Made by a program: the position numbers and the translations under genes. From assembly GCA_026392265.1 (NCBI GenBank), contig JAPLCL010000074.1:1-44535 (forward strand): a DNA stretch of 44,535 bases, in the 5' to 3' direction. Numbering within the stretch: position 1 is the first letter of the stretch; every line of letters starts with the position of its first letter. The DNA comes from Actinomycetota bacterium. GTDB lineage: Bacteria; Actinomycetota; Thermoleophilia; UBA2241. Below the pieces are notes generated by a model that saw only the letters and a list, made by a program, of their open reading frames with translations, was not told the DNA's origin and ran no database searches. Positions 43,332 through 44,535 of this stretch are shown here, piece after piece.

Positions 43332-43694
43332 ATGTCTCGTATCAAACGGAGCGTCAACGCGCGCAAGAAGCGCCGCAAGGTGCTCGAGCAGGCGAAGGGC
43401 TACCGCGCCACCAAGAACTCCAGCTACAAGCGGGCCAAGGAGCAGGTGCAGCGCAGCGGCCAGTACGCCTACCGCGACCGGCGCGTGCGCAAGCGCGAGT
43501 TCCGCAAGCTGTGGATCATCCGCATCAATGCCGGGGCGCGCGAGAACGGCCTCTCGTACAATCAGTTCATGCACGGCCTGCAGCTGGCTCAAGTCGAGCT
43601 CGACCGCAAGATCCTCGCCGAGCTCGCCGTGAGCGACCCCAAGTTCTTTGCCTCGCTCGTCGACCAGGCGCGCGCCGCCCTCGAAGCGGCCTGA
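43332..43694 (+). CDS. rplT: 50S ribosomal protein L20
   Basis: [26 protein letters not shown]...[26 protein letters not shown] is the L20 signature. Confidence 0.95.
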   Translation: MSRIKRSVNARKKRRKVLEQAKGYRATKNSSYKRAKEQVQRSGQYAYRDRRVRKREFRKLWIIRINAGARENGLSYNQFMHGLQLAQVELDRKILAELAVSDPKFFASLVDQARAALEAA

Positions 43695-44535
43695 ACGCCG
43701 GCTGGGCAGGCGAGCAGCTTGGGGTTTTAGGCCAACCACTCGGCAGCGCCCAGAACGCCCTCGTAAAGAGGGCGTCGTCGCTGCGTCAGCGTAAGTTCCG
43801 CGAGCGTGAAGGCGCCTTTCTGGTGGAAGGCGCCGACCTTGTCGCGGCCGGCCTCGCGGCTGGCCGTCGGCCGCAGGTCGTGTTCGTGCGCGCCGAACGC
43901 GCCGTCGAGCTCAGCGCCCGTCTTGGGCTGAACGCCGAGGGCGGGCCGGCGGCGGACGGCGCTCACGTGGCGCCGCCGGCCGTGTACTCGGTCGCGGAGC
44001 GCGTCGCCGAGAAGATCAGCACGCTCGAGACACCGCCGGACGTCATGGCGGTGTTTCCGTTGCCCGAGCCCCGGGCGCTGACGACACTGCCCGGCACGAG
44101 CGGCTCGTCCGCAGCGGACGCGCCCTTGGGCACGGCCGGCGAGGCGCTGGTCGTCTACGCCGACGGCATCGGCGACCCGGGCAACATGGGCACGCTGCTG
44201 CGCGCGGCGGTGGCCTTCGGTGCCACCGCTTTCGCCACCGCTCTGGGCTCCGCTGACCTGTACGGCCCTAAGACGGTGCGTGCCGGGATGGGCGCCATCT
44301 TCGGGCTGCCCCTGTTCCCGGAGGTGCGGCTGGCCGACGTGGTCGCGGCGCTGCCCGGGGCCGCGGTGTACGGCTTGGCCGCCCACGAAGGCGTGCCGCT
44401 GGCCGCGGCCGCTTTGCGGCGCCCGGCCGTGCTCGTCGTGGGCGCCGAGCGCCCCGGCCTCTCACCCGAGGCCCTCGATCACGTGACCCGGCTCATCACG
44501 ATCCCGCTGGCGCCGGGCTTGTCGGGCGGGGTGGA
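43691..44535 (+). CDS. TrmH/SpoU-family RNA 2'-O-methyltransferase (3' end outside the window; start unresolved)
   Basis: This gene is not in the ORF track because the frame runs off the window without a stop. [30 protein letters not shown] is the SpoU substrate-binding N-domain. [34 protein letters not shown] and ITIPL are SpoU motifs. There is no ATG, GTG or TTG in frame between the rplT stop and the conserved N-terminus. The only candidate is CTG 43691, which overlaps the rplT TGA. Confidence 0.7.
   Translation, partial: MNAGWAGEQLGVLGQPLGSAQNALVKRASSLRQRKFREREGAFLVEGADLVAAGLAAGRRPQVVFVRAERAVELSARLGLNAEGGPAADGAHVAPPAVYSVAERVAEKISTLETPPDVMAVFPLPEPRALTTLPGTSGSSAADAPLGTAGEALVVYADGIGDPGNMGTLLRAAVAFGATAFATALGSADLYGPKTVRAGMGAIFGLPLFPEVRLADVVAALPGAAVYGLAAHEGVPLAAAALRRPAVLVVGAERPGLSPEALDHVTRLITIPLAPGLSGGV

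Noticed and set aside
1-44535. CRISPR arrays, rRNA or tRNA genes, and insertion sequences.
   Set aside because: I scanned the intergenic regions (706-850, 1922-1974, 4610-4703, 14594-14761, 15755-15893, 20608-20766, 26282-26881, 28874-29261, 30014-30302, 33665-33778, 35085-35173, 36176-36251, 37686-37904, 41071-41141, 42156-42520, 43260-43331). I found no regularly spaced repeats, no tRNA T-arm or GGTTCGAATCC-like boxes, and no terminal inverted repeats flanking a transposase-like ORF.

Overview
This is a GC-rich bacterial chromosomal segment with strong GC3 bias. The gene content and the infC-rpmI-rplT-trmH arrangement look monoderm or actinobacterial, but I cannot verify taxonomy from here. 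I can support about 40 genes, listed left to right. (1) The C-terminus of a P-type ATPase, a BNR propeller, a PNPOx-like protein, and a rifampicin-phosphotransferase-like PEP-utilising enzyme. (2) Two secreted beta-propeller genes (NHL and YVTN) that share a duplicated leader. (3) A complete cyanophycin locus: iadA divergent from cphA-cphB-cphA2-like. (4) A DUF389 membrane protein, then iorA-iorB-paaK and an EamA exporter. (5) A tightly coupled five-gene operon of unknown function: SCP2-like, class III aminotransferase, split transketolase, SCP2-like. (6) An HExxH membrane protein. (7) thrS. (8) A roughly 13.6 kb accessory-looking stretch holding vapBC, an FAD oxidoreductase, an orphan tail-anchored family-5 solute-binding protein, a MarR-heliorhodopsin pair, an Ntn hydrolase, NUDIX, a decayed ABC transporter, GNAT, corA and a multihaem cytochrome c. 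(9) infC-rpmI-rplT and the start of a TrmH-family methyltransferase. The findings I rate highest are the MarR-heliorhodopsin unit, the aminotransferase/transketolase/SCP2 operon, the multihaem cytochrome, the cyanophycin locus with a CphA2-like paralogue, and a recurring pattern of in-frame stop codons. That pattern comprises three TAG and one TGA inside conserved domains of three otherwise intact genes, and the TGA is followed by a SECIS-like hairpin. I found no rRNA, tRNA, CRISPR array, transposase or integrase. All family assignments come from motif recognition by eye, and no database search was run.
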